From Podarcis filfolensis (Eukaryota), in the NCBI GenBank assembly GCA_964270895.1, contig OZ185440.1: a stretch of DNA of 64,000 nucleotides, one strand, 5' to 3'. Positions 1 through 13,352 of the stretch are shown piece by piece (within the stretch, counting starts at the first letter, position 1; each line of letters begins with the position of its first letter). The notes beneath the pieces were generated by a model. The model saw only the letters and a list, made by a program, of their open reading frames with translations. It made no database searches and was not told the origin of the DNA. Position numbers and translations under genes: made by a program.

Positions 1-1118
1 CATTTATATTAAAAACCAGTTAATGCCTTTTAGGCAGAATGAGAAATACAGATTGCACACCACACTAGAAACTGAGACAAAATGAGTTCCAAAACAATTA
101 TGAAAATGATATTTATGTGTACAGCACTGTTATTGCACCAGTGGATCAAAACGAGAGGGACAAAATGGATACTATCACTCAGGTCCAATTAATGCTCCTT
201 CTTAACCACTTTTTGTATGTGATAAATATGTCAATGAATGCAACAGCATTTGCCCAGTTAAAGGAATGTTTTATAGCCCCCTATGCACCCCTAGTTTAAA
301 ATAATATTCTGCTATTACTTTTCAGTCAATAGCATTTTTAGTATGCATGCTAAGAAAACCAAACAACTTGTTTCAACTTCAGTGTGATTTTAATAACTTG
401 CTGTAATGTGAGGAAAGACTTGTCCTAGTTTATTGCAATCCACATTTCCTGCAGTTTTGAACACCTCAAAACCAAGGAGGGCTGGGACAAAAGTACCCAC
501 TTCAAAGCCATGTTTCACACTTTGCTTTTCTGTCTGTTCAGTCCCCAAAGCCAGGCTTCTATAAACAATAGCAGATAATGAGTTTATGCATGTAATTTGA
601 TTTAAATGGATTCTAACGGCTATACACTGATTCTGTGGACATTGCAAAGCACGCCTCTGAATAACTTTGTACCAGACTTATTAGTTATTTTGCAAATAAA
701 TTGATCTGGAAATGTTCTTGGTTAGTCAGACATACATAATTTCTTTGCATTTCCCCTTCTCCCCTCCTCCCTACAAGAGGGTGACAAATATATTAGGTCC
801 TTTTGAAATAGATACCATATCCCCACTGGGTTTTTTAAAAAATAAAATAAAAAGCTAGACTGATATTTTATTTCACATATAAATATGAACAAATCTTAGG
901 AGTTGAAAGTTTGCATTTTTTGGAGGGGGAGTTGGTGTCCGGATTTTAATATGCATGGTGGAAAATGTAAGATTTATTGAATCTACTTTGTTTTCCACTA
1001 AAACAACGCTCAGGAGAAAGTGTGGGATGTTCTCATTCTGTGATGCTAAGTACATGATAAATTCCTGTAAATCTACTCAAACTGGCAGTCTTCCTTTCTC
1101 TAATATGGAAAAAACATA

Positions 1119-1344
1119 CAGTGGTACCTCGGGTTAAGTACTTAATTCGTTCCGGAGGTCCGTACTTAACCTGAAACTGTTCTTAACCTGAAGCACCACT
1201 TTAGCTAATGGGGCCTCCTGCTGCCGCCGCGCCACTGGAGCATAATTTCTGTTCTCATCCTGAAGCAAAGTTCTTAACCTGAAGCACTATTTCTGGGTTA
1301 GTGGAGTCTGTAACCTGAAGCGTGTGTAACCCGAGGTACCACTG
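1119..1344 (+). mobile_element. Tc1/mariner-type MITE, copy 1
   Basis: TIRs CAGTGGTACCTCGGGTTA...TAACCCGAGGTACCACTG flanked by TA at 1117-1118 and 1345-1346. Three more copies occur in the window. Confidence 0.93.
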
Positions 1345-2304
1345 TACTTTAAAATGCTCTGCTAATATTCACCAGCAGGGCAATCCTGTACATGTTTATT
1401 CGGAAGCAAGTCTCTCTGTTCTCAGTGGTGCTTACTCCCAGGAATGTTGTTATATATATATGTTGTTAGAACATTATTAGCCATGTGTTGCCTGTTACTG
1501 CTTAAGTTTGTCTGTGTTTGCAACACAGGGGGTTTCTTTTGTTACACAAAGACATCCCACAAGGCAGCGAAAGATGGGCTACCTTGACAGGATGATGGGC
1601 CCCATCTGCCCCTCACTTCCTTCTACAGAACAGCCTTCTTGACCATTGGTCCCACTCTTGGTCTTGTCCACTTAATCTGTCAGAGCCTGTCTTTGCATGC
1701 AAGGTGATAGAAAAACACAAATCCTCACCATTCTCTTTATGGTGAGGGAACCAAACTTGGGATGTGGAAATTTAATTTGACCATTTCTTCTGAGTAAGTC
1801 AGAACCTTCAAAGGGTGTGAATCAAACATATTTGTCCATCCACTGTGACTACCTGTCATTTACTGAGGAGCAGACATGTAAAGATTTCCAGCAATTTTAA
1901 GCCCATGGATGGCGGTGGTGGAATCCACCTTTGTTTCCTGAGGGCAACACAAAAGTCATCGTGCCACTCTCTCATCAAACCTAAGCTTGCTTTACTACTT
2001 CAAGAAAATGAAATGTATTATTTATAACTTAACACATAAAATTGTACCATTTGGTATAGTTATGAAATGTAAAAAAAGTATAACTGCCGGTTAATTAGTT
2101 TATTCATATATAATTAGAAATATACCCAGTGTTAAAGATGAGTTGCAAGCTGCTGCATGCTAAGGAACCTCTTCATTGTTGCCAGGAAAATATGGAAAAG
2201 GGAGGAGGGAACTGAGAGTGGGGACAAATAAGATTTGATAATAGAAACCGCCAACACTGCATGCAGTAAATCAAAGATTATCTGGCTCTGGCCTAGTCAC
2301 AAAG

Positions 2305-2510
2305 GGTAGTATCCAACATAGCACTAGGTTCCGGTTCTGTCAGCACCACTTGCAGAATGTGACTTCCCCTCTCTCCTTCTTCTGCAACACCTTAAATCTG
2401 TTCTAGGGGTTCCCTCAACACTTCAGAGCAGATTTTGAGAGGATGAAGGGCATGGAGAGGGGGAAAGTCCCATAGTACAAGTGGAAATACTCAGGCTAAT
2501 TGGATGCGTC
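2305..2510. repeat. Degenerate fold-back (palindromic) MITE-like element
   Basis: Arms CCACTTGCAGAATGTGACTTCCCCTCTC...AAATCTGTTCT and AGAGCAGATTT...GAGAGGGGGAAAGTCCCATAGTACAAGTGG are imperfect reverse complements. Outer ends are GTATCCAA/TTGGATGC. Confidence 0.65.
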
Positions 2511-2884
2511 TGGGTGTTACTGCCCAGTAAATGTGGACCTCAGGATTATCATGCAAAAAACAAAGAAAGCTCTAGAGTGGAATTTAATATAGTGCCAAGT
2601 GAGATATGCATGCATGGGCCAAGGTCATGGTCTCCACCTTTCCCGCCCCTGTGCATCCCTTAAACCTGTTATAGGTCTCCCCCAACCATCCAGAGCAGAC
2701 TTAGGAGGCTTGGGTGTCATGTGGTGGTAGGAGTTGGGGGAAAAGTCTTGTTGTGTTAGTGCAGCTGGTTGCGTACATGCAACAACTTGGCTGAATCCCA
2801 CCTGCACTTTCAAGAGAAAGGGATTAGGAAATAGATGCTCCAATAATGTAATTAGGTAGCATTTTTCAAATGTATTGTATAGAA

Positions 2885-3003
2885 TAGGGTTGCCATATTT
2901 CAAAAAGTAACATTCCTGACACCCGCAAAGTTGTTGGAAGATGCCATTTTTATACCCAAAAACCGAGACATGTCAAGAATTTCCCTGGTGTATGGTAAGC
3001 CTA
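2885..3003. mobile_element. hAT-type (Tip100-like) MITE
   Basis: Termini TAGGGTTGCCATA / TATGGTAAGCCTA. 8-bp TSD GTATAGAA (2877-2884) vs ATATAGAA (3004-3011). Confidence 0.75.
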
Positions 3004-4011
3004 ATATAGAATGAATAGAAAATATATTTGGGTATTGTTGAAAAAGAGTTTGTGAATGTCAGGAGCCAGGGTCAGGAGTAGGTCAGCAAAAAGAAACACA
3101 ACATCGATGTCAGTGGTTAATTCTTTACAGAAAGAACCCAAACCAGTGCAGGCCTAGAGATCCCAACAAGTCTTTTCAGCGGGTCTTGCCCCAATGAGGC
3201 AATTGTGAGGACTGAAGGACCCCACTTCCCACAGCCAAACTACCTATTACAAGATAGCACTGTTTCTTTCTTGCAATGGGTAGTTCTGCTGCCTTGAATC
3301 CCCCCACTTCTTTTCTGAAGGGAGTTAGATCTTGAGGCTGTTGACATCCACGTGAACACATTTGAAAACTTTCACAGGTTACTCCAATTTCTGCTCCTTT
3401 GCCATTTTTGCCAAGCAATGGCGCCCTGTGGAGATAATTCCTCTGCTGAAGGTTGTGCACATCTATATAGAAAACGTGTTACTTATTCAGTCTTCTTTGG
3501 TTCCCGAAATCTAAATGTATTGGATGGTTGGGGGGAAACAAATCAGGTATTCAAAGATAACTGTCTTTGAGTAGGGAATGAGTCTAATGTCCCTTTGCCC
3601 TTTCAGATTTAATACTGATAGCGGCCACAATCCAAACTAATAATAATGAAAATCTGACTTTCTGCTGCCGTCCTGCTGTTCTAATCTGAAAATATGCAAA
3701 TTATATATTGGAGAGAAACAAAGTGTGTGAATTTTAATGCACATTTTGTTCTTTCCTTTCTTTGATCAAGAGTGGCCTGAAAACATTCCCCACTTTCTTT
3801 GCAAGCTTCTATGTGACTCACATATACAAACAAAAAACGGTTTCAGAAATATTTCTGAAATAATAACCAGGCATCATTTGCTTAGCGGTAGCATGAGCTT
3901 AGGCACCTGGCTCCTACTGCAGCCAGTAAGCAAGACTGTCCTGTCTTCCTTCTGTTTCTATATGAGAATCATTCAACATAGGAAGTTGTGTTACACCAAG
4001 TCAGTCCACAC

Positions 4012-4141
4012 CACTGTTCTTCAACCTTGGGTCCCAAGATGTTGGAGTCTAATACCATCATCCTTAACATTGGCTAAGAAGGCTGGGATGGTGGGATCTG
4101 TAGTCCAACAACATATGGAGACCCAAGACGGCAGAATACTG
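4012..4141. mobile_element. Degraded copy of the ~136-bp hAT-type MITE
   Basis: Similar to 14885-15020 and 19469-19604 (CTTCAACCTTGGG..., GGGATCTGTAGTCCAACAACAT...). TSD not recognisable. Confidence 0.6.
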
Positions 4142-4346
4142 GGTCTAGTCTGACCAGCGTCAGGGACTTGCCAGTGATAACTATCACATGAAAAGCAAGT
4201 GCTCTACTATTTGACCTATGGGTCCTCCTTCTGTTTAAACTTCTGGTTAGTTTTGAGGCCATGCTATATAAAGAACTGACTTATTTCTCATAACCCTGCT
4301 TGCTCAGTTAAGTAATAGTTGGAGCCCCGACTTTGCGTCCCATTGC

Positions 4347-4724
4347 TGGGGATGGATGGATAGACGGATCTATCAATTTCAGTTCTCTCTGAACTGTTTT
4401 TCCAATCTTAAATTAGCTTCTCCACATTTCTGGCTGAAATTTGCCTAAAAGCACACACACACACACACACATTTTGCAAGCAGTTTTCTTAACACCTACT
4501 GCATTTTTATGTTATTGTCATTAATATATGCATTTTAATGCACATTGTACCATAGTATATGCATTTTTTGGTCTCATTTGGCGGGAGGACTGCATTGCAA
4601 AAGTCAGAGGTGTATGAATTTCAAAAGATGGTTGTGTTTTGGTTCACATATTGTTTGAAAAAGTGTGAATTTGGCAGGTTCACCTTTTAATGTGAACTTA
4701 GATCAAATTTCACCTCCATCCCTA
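4347..4724 (+). mobile_element. Non-autonomous DNA-transposon-like element with TAGGGATGG-type termini
   Basis: Ends TGGGGATGG...CCATCCCTA. Possible eroded 8-bp TSD CCCATTGC/CCCATCAC (6/8). Homologous in reverse orientation to 41810-42232. Confidence 0.6.
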
Positions 4725-7481
4725 CCCATCACTATCAGAAGCACTGTTGGTGAGACATTAGACCTGGGCCTTTTCAGTCATGGCACCATGACTATGGAAA
4801 CCTGATCCTGGGAAGCTTGATCAACCCCCTCTAGTGATAATTTGGCATGTGGCAAAACAATATTACCTTATTTGCCTTGCTAATGGACTTGTTCTTCTAT
4901 TCTTGATGCTGACTTTAATCATAGCGTGTGTTATTGCTTTATTCTTATTGCTTTATTGCCTAGTTTATTGACTGGTTTTGCCTGTTTTGCCTAGTTTTCA
5001 AATCCCTTTGGGGAAAAGCAGGAAGTATTTCAATGAACAAATGAATGCATGAGTGGGCAAATGAGGTTACCAGGCAGAGAGGAATGTTTATATTCAAGCA
5101 CAGTGCCAAGAGGTGCTGTCATCTGTCATCAAGAGCACTTTAGGGCAGTCAACTCTAGCACTCAGCCAGCAGATTTGGGTTGTCATTTAAGTGTGGGAAA
5201 CGGGGAATTCGTTTACTAACTACTATATTCTTAATACAGGGGGAGTGTGGTTTAGAATGGCTTCCTTTTCAAAACTGGTCCGCCAAAACCAAAATTTAGA
5301 AAAGTATTCAATGAAAAAAGCAGCTGAAATGACTTGAATTCCTATTAATACAACTACTCCTGCCAAAGACTTCTCTGGACATGCTATAGATAAAATTGGT
5401 GTGGGTACACACAGAGTAAAAAGACCTTGCACCAAATCAGTAATGACTCCAAGCTTTCTTTGGATAAGACAGCCTCCACTGACCATCCTCTGCCCATGAG
5501 GTTAACTCCTTACTGCAGCAAGATCAAGGGACTCATGTCTGTGGACCCTGCAATGTGATTTGGGCTCCTGGAAGATGCTCAAGCACATCGACTCTTGATG
5601 GCAGCCAGGAAGCAAATCCAAAAAGCTTGCCTTTCACCTTATTATGGGCATCTCAATGTCCCTGTAGGAGTTCCTTCACAAGTACTTTGTAGCTGCCTCC
5701 AGTGAAGAGGAGCCAAGAAAGTGGCTACCAGCTGGAAGTGTACAGTCACAATATGTAAGAATTAGGACATGCATGGACCTGTTTGTAGGAGCATCTATGA
5801 TAGTGGAACCTTCTATTTTTGTAGCTGGATTAATATGTCAAGTCCTATGTCTGTGACTTCCGTCGTTACTTCCTGTCTCTTGTTAGTGGCTAAGAACCAT
5901 TTACACAAGAAGTACTATTAACATATTTGGGAGATTTTAGACATGCCTTTAATACATTTACACAAGTTGTCCTGGTGAGCTTCAGAGACGCAAACAGCAC
6001 CAGGCTTCAACTCAACTGACAATGTGTTGCAAAGCCTACTTTGCATTTTTGGACATATGTTCAATTTCATCTCATGAGCCAGGGACTTACTGGTCTGATA
6101 CACAAGCTGCAAAAGGCTTCATTTCCCCCCCTCCCCACTCTCGTTTCTTGGTTCAGCAACATGCCTTGCAGAGTGTATTTGCAAGATGTCATTCTAACAA
6201 GCATGCAAATAGGCTGTGGAGTCAGAGTCAGATTTCACACAAGACAAGATTCTTTCTTTCTTTTTATCTGTGGGCTTTAGTGCTAAGAAGCCCAGCGGGA
6301 TCCATCCAGTTTACAAAAGTGCTTCCTTGTTGCACACAGTGTGTGCTCAGAGATACCATCCCACATAGAGGGTCTCCTCCCCCTCTGCCAATTGTCTTCT
6401 TGGCTGCTCAGCTCATATTTGTCACAAGTTTACAAAAACCAGGGGCTAAAGAAAGCACACACCCTGTTTGCATCACTAATCTCATTACAGTAACAGCAAG
6501 AGAACTGGCCGACAAAAAAATGTAGCCGGTAAGCTGGCTACTGTGTACACACATTTCCTTGCCATGCACAGCACGAGCCCCATCAAAACATGCGTAACGA
6601 TGGCCTCACTTCAACAATGGCAAGTGTCCATTGTACCCAGTTGATTCCTCATTACCAGTGAAACCCTTTGGCCTACCTTACAGGCAAGAGAACAGCAGAC
6701 GGCAAAGATACTGCCTCATCTTTCAAATCCAAAGTGTCATGCTTTCCCCCCCACTAGAGAAGGATTTTGAGTTTCCTCATGTCCCTCTGCCTTTTACACT
6801 TTGATGTATATGGATATAAATCCATGGGAATCAAAATTATATCGTTGCCATTATAGCATATTGCAGATACATCACCACTACTGACATTTACAGGACTGCA
6901 GCCTCATGATCAATGTGGCTTTTGCAACTGGGTGTGTGGTGCCATGTATCTGATGCAACCCTATGCATCTTTACCAGAAGCGGCTCCTGGGGTATGGCAC
7001 TGCTATGGCAGGTGGGTCGCTGTTGCGTAAGGGAAGGGGGAGGAGTGAGGCAATGGGGAGGTCAGCACAGTGCAAATGCACTGGCAGGAGCTCTGAATTG
7101 ATTGAATTGGTGTGCTTGCACCGTGCCAACCTCCCTGCTGCCTTGCTACTCTCTCTCCGGCCCACGTGACAAGCTGCTTCTGTCCCATTGACTTTAATAT
7201 TTCATTGACCAAGTAAGTGTGTATTGGATTGCAGCTTTTCATTTAATTACCACCCTTAAAGAACATCCCCATACACTTCCAATTTATGGGATTGGATTCA
7301 CTTCTGTATGGGATCAGCTGGACTGTCAACACACTTGCACAGATATGCTTCTTCATTGTGCTCCCAGGTCTTAGGTTCTCCACCTTTGGTCTAGATGGAT
7401 CTGAAATTTTGCACAAGTAAATAATGTGCCATTTATGGACCAGAGATGGGAATTTGACTAGATCCACACTTGCCATGTCTC

Positions 7482-7504
7482 AGAGAGAGAGAGAGAGAGA
7501 GAGA
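7482..7504. repeat. (AG)n microsatellite
   Basis: Direct reading. Confidence 0.95.
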
Positions 7505-8134
7505 CACAGAGATGGAGATAAAGAATTATTCTTATTTCATTGCTAAATTGTGTGTTCTTAATTCCTGATTTTTAGAATCTGTACTCTCTCCTCTTAGGTT
7601 ATAGCTCAACATTTACATTTTTATTTGTATTTGGTGTTAGGTATTATTGATAAGATACTCCAATGCTTTAAATTAATGATTATTATTTTTGTTAAAACAG
7701 ATAGGAGGCACTTGATGCTCAGTTTACAACTTTAATTTAAACAGTGAAGATAGAAGTGTGATATTCAGCCTGCCACCAAATTTTGCAATGTGCATTCTAT
7801 TTATAATAATTGGGAATTATTTGACACTTTTCCGTATTTAAACCTGACTTTGACAGGAATCAAAGTCAGATTTATAGTTAATGTAGAACATGCTGTTCAA
7901 CTGTTGCAGAATAAACACGAGACGCATTTAGAGTAGGAATCAGATTAATTGTCTTGATTGGCTGTCATGCTTCATTCACATCAAAGGCGAAGTACATCGA
8001 AACAAAGCCTCTTAAAATATATTCTCTTGCCTTTGAGAAATGTTTCAGCACCTATGGTAAGAAAGACTAATATTTTTGAAGTTGTGCTCTTGTGCACGCT
8101 TAAGTAACTTTTTACTTCAGATGAAAACTGAGTA

Positions 8135-8400
8135 AGAAGTGACATGAGAGAAGTTTTTAAAATTATACATGGCATGGAGAAAGTAGATAGATCCCCCCCC
8201 CCCATAAAGTATGGAACTCACTCCTACAGGAGGCAGTGATGACGATCAGCTTGGATGGCTTTAAAAGGAGATTGGAGAAAATTCACGGAGGATATGGCTA
8301 TGAATGGCTAGTAGCCACAATGACTATGTTCTGCCTCCATGACTGGAGGCACCAAGGCTTCTCAATACCAGTTGCTGGAAACCACAGGAGAGGAAATGCC
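8135..8400 (+). mobile_element. CR1 LINE 3' fragment (second subfamily)
   Basis: GAAGTTTTTAAAATTATACATGGCATGGAGAAAG and GGAGGCAGTGATG...TTGGATGGCTTTAAAAGGAGATTGG resemble CR1 ORF2 end/3'UTR. Overlaps in reverse complement with 21622-21790. Confidence 0.65.
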
Positions 8401-11400
8401 AAACGTAAATAGAGACAAAGACTTGGCTTTAAAGCTTTCCATCCATTCATTGGCCATTGCACTTCACATATGCAGATAAAAGCATCGTCTTACCCCCTGC
8501 AACTTCCTCATGAAAGCCACATTGGATTGGCATTGACAAGCAGAGTAGTGATGGTCTTAAATTCAGCTTAGGAAATGCCATTTAGGCCTGTCCTTGGATG
8601 ACGGATGTGGCAGCGAAACCATGCTTCTTTCTTTAGCCTTCCTACTTTGGTTATGAACAACCCTTCTCTTCACTGATAAAAGTTTTTATGGAAGAATGAG
8701 TCAAAGATTCCATTTCATTTCACCGGCCAAAGAACTTCAAATAAGTATGATGGCATGGCTTATGTAAGTTTTCTTGTAATAAATAGTAAATAAATGTAGG
8801 GTTCCCCCCCCTTAAAATATGCTTATTGGCATGAAATTTAAGGAAGCAGGACTGCTAATATGTTCAATTATCATATTTTTCCACATTTCCAGCAATTAAA
8901 ACATTTACTGGGCCCTGAGAATGCAGCTGAAATAGGTGGTGGTGGGGGAAACAGCTAAGTAAATCTGTACAATTAAATTAGCTGGACACTTGTCATGGAT
9001 AAACTGAAGCCATAGTTATTTCTTTATTGCATAGTAAACAGATCATCCCAGGAGAATCACTTCTCTCTTCTGAAACAATAAAGACCTTTGGACGAGCTTG
9101 GCTCAGATATACTCTATGTAAGCTCACAAATTTATGTTCTCCCTTCAAATATGTTCGAGCCAAAATTCCACATTTGTCTTGGGTGCAAAATTGCTGTTGG
9201 CAAACAATAGTTTCACTGTATGATAAAGAATCTCTGCTTGTTTCAGTCATGTCTTATACATGGATAAAAACCCTTCTGCTGGGAAGTTTGAATTTGCTCA
9301 CAAAATCACTAAGTATAGCAAAAAAATTTTTTTTAAATGGAAATGGTTGTACATTTGTTTTTGTTTTAGTTTGCTTGCTTTTGCCTTTGTAACAAGTAAA
9401 CAAATGTCTCTCTTGAATAGGTACAGCAACACAATTGCCCCCGAACAGTAAAATCACACAGTTGATGTAGTCAACCACTGATGATCCAGTAGCTGATGAA
9501 GGAAGCTTTCATTTTTCTTTGTGACTGTGCTAAGAGAATATACGTTTAATGTTTCATTTGTTTGTAACAGAGGTGTGTCAAGAGAAGAGCTGAAAAATCC
9601 AATTTGGATTTTTTTTTCTGAACTTGCAGTATGTCAAGTTGGGTGGGTGGGTGAAAGAGATAAATCTGCTTGTTTCCTCCTCCCTGGCAATCCATTTTAT
9701 TTTTGTGCCATACCTTTTTATGTTGTGATTTGTAGCCTGCTCTTGGAGCTCTATTTTGGCTGAAGAGCAGCATAACTGCAAAAATAAAAATAATAAATTT
9801 TGATGCTGCTTTGAGGATGACACTAGCAATCTTTCTAATTACTGCCAGTGACCTAATCCCATAACAGATTATTACAGAGGCATTACTGATTATCTTATAT
9901 TTAAATATAGATATATATTAATATCATACAATTAATGTCACTTTTGAATATACTTGTTTAGGATTGCAGCACAAATCTTCCTTCCACTGTGGGAAAAGAA
10001 AGGAAACAAAAGACCTGTGGCGTTTGGGGACTAGGCAGTCTTTTACACCTTCATGTCAACCAGTAATAAAGGTTTGTGCAAAAATGGGAAAAGGACAGAA
10101 AATCTGGACCCAATGCTTGGGTTGTTTCCTATGTGTACTTCTCAGTAGAGATCTCAGTCCCTGCCGATTTTGCCCATTTGTTTCAGTGGAGGAATGCATC
10201 ACACATGGCACCCTTCTGTGCATGTCAACTGGATTCATAACCCAAGTAAGCGGGAAAATCCGTGCACACAGAGATCTGTCCACATGCCATTGATTGATCT
10301 GGATAATAGGCTAAATGCAACCCACAATTTCACAGTGAATTTAAAATCATTGTGAAACGTAGGAGAGAGACAGGAAAAAATTGAGTTGTTTTCCATTTCC
10401 CTTCTTTTTGCAGCTCCTGAATGCAAAAAAATAGTTTGGAATATATATGTAAAGAAAGAAATACTTGCAGCCCGCCTGAAGATTTACCTATACAATAACT
10501 ATGAAATTACAGCATCATGTTTATTTCATGCATTCAACTAGCATCTCACTCTCTTCGTCATCAGATGTGACTACCCTGCTGGGAAACATCACTTTGTTTG
10601 CTGATCTCACTGTGAAACGTTCAGTCACACTATTTATGGCCAATAGAGCCAGAAAAACTGCTACAGAGGTTTCAAATGAGTGGCTCTAGAAAAAAATTGT
10701 CCCTCAAAGCTTTTTGAAAGTTCATTTTATCCAACCACATATTCTTATTTAATAAGAATTTTTGCTCTGAGGGGTCATAACTACTTATAGTTGTTTATCA
10801 TTTGAAAAAGAAATAACTTCTTTACAAAAATGAGATTCCCTCTCCCTAAAGCATTGTGTAGAGGAGTTTCTCTTTGTAGTGCCCAAGAAAATAAGGAAGC
10901 AAACTAAACTGTACCTGGTTTTAAGACCACAGTTTCATCATTGGGTTGGCTTCATTTTTCCTCACTACAGTAAATTTTATGAGAGAGTCTTGTGATTTCT
11001 CCGGTTCGAAGGCAAGTAATGTGGCCTAAATTACTTTCATTTGAAAGAATGTCCACACACTGTATATGTAATTAGGTCAGCTATTTACTTACAAAAAGTT
11101 ATTTCAAGCCTTAAGATAGACTAAACTGTGAAAAATACATTAGTCTGCCACATTTGTTTGTCTGGAAGACAAGTGCTCCCAGCAAGGGGAAAGGACCTGG
11201 GCCCCTTGGCTAGTAATGAGTTATCAGACAGCTGCAAAAACAACATATTATAATCTGCCATTTTTAACATGAACAAAACTTTCCATTTTAATGAGAAAAG
11301 TTTCTGCGTTTATATAAAAATAACCAGAAAGCTAGGAATGGGCAGAAATGACTGAAAATGAGAAAAGAAAAAAAAAGCCCCACAGACCAGTCTTTTAAGT

Positions 11401-12444
11401 TGCTACTTGCCAAAGACCCGTATACTAATGACTTCTTCTTTCAGACTACAAATCAAGTGTGTTTGATTAGCTAAATTGCTTTTGCTCTTATGCGTCAAAA
11501 ACAGGTAGAAATAAAGCCCTCAAAAGCTATTTGCTCCAAGAAGAGGTGGGAGAGAAACTTTCTTTCTAGGGAAAGAAAATCTGAAAGCAACTATCCAATT
11601 TATGGCTAAATTAGGCAAGGCAAGTCCCATAATATTTTCTGTTTTTAAAATATGGAAGGCCCATTGAAACCTATCAGTATGTTTGATGGTGGTTGGACAC
11701 CTGCACTCTCTGTTCTAGCATTCATGAATGATGCAGTCCAACGTCCAACAATCAATTATAAAATTCCTGTAGATGATGTAAAAAGGGGTGGGAGGAATTT
11801 TGTAAGCCGATGAATACATTGGGCATATCTTCTCTCTCATTAACTGCATTGGAATCCAATTCATATTTGGAGTGAAAGTTAAAGCTAGGATCTATTTTCT
11901 TTAACCTGCTTTACCACTGTCTCTCCAAAACATTAGAGCAATGCATTGTTTGCAGATATGATTTTCTGACTCTTCATTTTGAAGTCCACGATTACTAGAT
12001 GTACTAACCATTGCATAGAAGATATTTGTGTTTTTTGGAAAGTGTTGCCGGTCCAGGAACAGCAAGAACTGATTAAGCTTGTTTTCTCTGTGGATTAGGA
12101 GAAGTATCAAATGATTCTCTCTGGAGATTTAATAACACGGCTAAATACTTTACACCTTTTTGAAAGCATGCAATGCTTTAGTTTGCATCGTAAGTGCTAT
12201 CATCATGATATATGTTTGTGTGTGTGTCTGTATAAAATTTCTTTCAACAATTCTCTTCTAAAATATGTATTTTGACAGGGTTTAATTTCAGGTTGCTCTC
12301 AAACAATGCACGTTCCAAAAGAAAGCAATTTAATTTACACAATGATAAGAGTTGTACATTCATTTTAATTGAAGGATCTGACATTCTGAAGGGAGAATGC
12401 TTTTCATTAGTAATTACTCAAACAAACGAAGCTCTCAATCTCTA

Positions 12445-12446
<2 letters not shown>

Positions 12447-12487
<41 letters not shown>
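12447..12487. repeat. (AT)n microsatellite
   Basis: About 20 AT units, direct reading. Confidence 0.97.
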
Positions 12488-12488
<1 letters not shown>

Positions 12489-12559
12489 CGCAAAAGCCAA
12501 ATTAAGCTCAGTGTACAGTGGGCCTTTATAAAATTTGCAGAACAAATGCTGAAATGCAT

Positions 12560-12754
12560 TTTTTAAAAGAGTTATACCCCAACATTCCTCCAAGGAATTC
12601 AAGGTGGCATGCATATGTCCACCCCCTCCCCATTTTATCCCCACAATAACCCTGTGAGCTGAGAGATGGTGATAGACCCAAGTCGCCCAGTGAGCGGGGA
12701 TTTGAACTCTGGTTCCCAGGTTCTAGTCCAACACTCTAACCATTGCACCAGCTG
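12560..12754 (-). mobile_element. MIR/Ther1-like (Squam3-like) SINE
   Basis: Reverse strand shows a tRNA-like head (GGTGCAATGGTTAGAGTGTTGGACTAGAACCTGGGAACCAGAGTTCAAATCCC), a core (CACAGGGTTATTGTGGGGATAAAATG) and a tail like 47285-47500. Confidence 0.8.
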
Positions 12755-13289
12755 AGCAATCCAGTCCTTTGATCCAGCACTTATGAGATGGAAACATTGA
12801 TTAGGACTTGCATGCATCCCCACAATGCAGTGGAGCAGAACTTTTAGATTCTAAACAATGAAAGGACCCTTTGGGGCTGTGGGATTGTTTAGGGAAATTT
12901 ATTGGGGGGGGTCACTGCTGTTATTGATATTCTGTTTTTGTATATTTGTTTTAGATCTTATGATTTATGTGGATTTTTAAAATCAGGTTTTCATCGTTAA
13001 CGTCATTCAAACTTAAATTCAACAATATTTATACAATTGTGGGGTTCCCTGAACCCCCGGACTTCCTTCCTCCCCCTTCTGGCTTTCCACAGATACATTT
13101 TTACTTTTACTTTTAACCACATCTAATTCATATATCCAGCTTTAATTAAATCCTTATTTATTCCTTTACCTATTAAAAAATTACAATTTATATATATATA
13201 TATGATATGATTTATGTGGAAATTGTTCAGTTTGGTTCTGTACGTTTTTATTGTTTATGACTACTTTTGTTATGTAGGCAATTAGGTAT

Positions 13290-13352
13290 TTTTTATACAC
13301 TGTAAGCTGCCTTGAACGTGGTTTTAACTTGGAAAGGCGGCATACAAACAAA
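13290..13352 (+). mobile_element. L2-type LINE 3' tail fragment
   Basis: TGTAAGCTGCCTTGA...GAAAGGCGGCATACAAAC, a typical squamate L2-type 3' terminus after a T-rich tract. Confidence 0.5.

Noticed and set aside
1119-1344. Regularly repeated TAACCTGAA motif that might suggest a CRISPR-like array
   Set aside because: Repeats are short, irregularly spaced, inside a TIR-bounded MITE present four times, and the DNA is eukaryotic.
5223-5486. Minus ORF with a hydrophobic, membrane-protein-like run (ACPEKSLAGVVVLIGIQVISAAFFIEYFSK), faintly like a Kir-channel M2 region
   Set aside because: No selectivity-filter motif, no convincing splice sites or neighbouring exons. Hydrophobic ORFs arise by chance in T-rich DNA.
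6022-6525. 167-aa ORF in unique sequence
   Set aside because: Composition looks like random translation of intronic DNA, with no motif.
7987-8056. Possible 70-nt exon ending in a strong GTAAGA donor
   Set aside because: Weak acceptor, peptide unrecognised in both open frames, and no phase-compatible partner I could support.
10630-10644. MEF2/CArG-like CTATTTATGG next to CCAAT
   Set aside because: Single short motifs are expected by chance in 64 kb, and there is no promoter context such as a CpG island.
12960-13190. AT-rich stretch that could be a NUMT or a reversed L1 3'UTR
   Set aside because: No mitochondrial gene motifs, and the resemblance to an L1 3'UTR is too weak to call.
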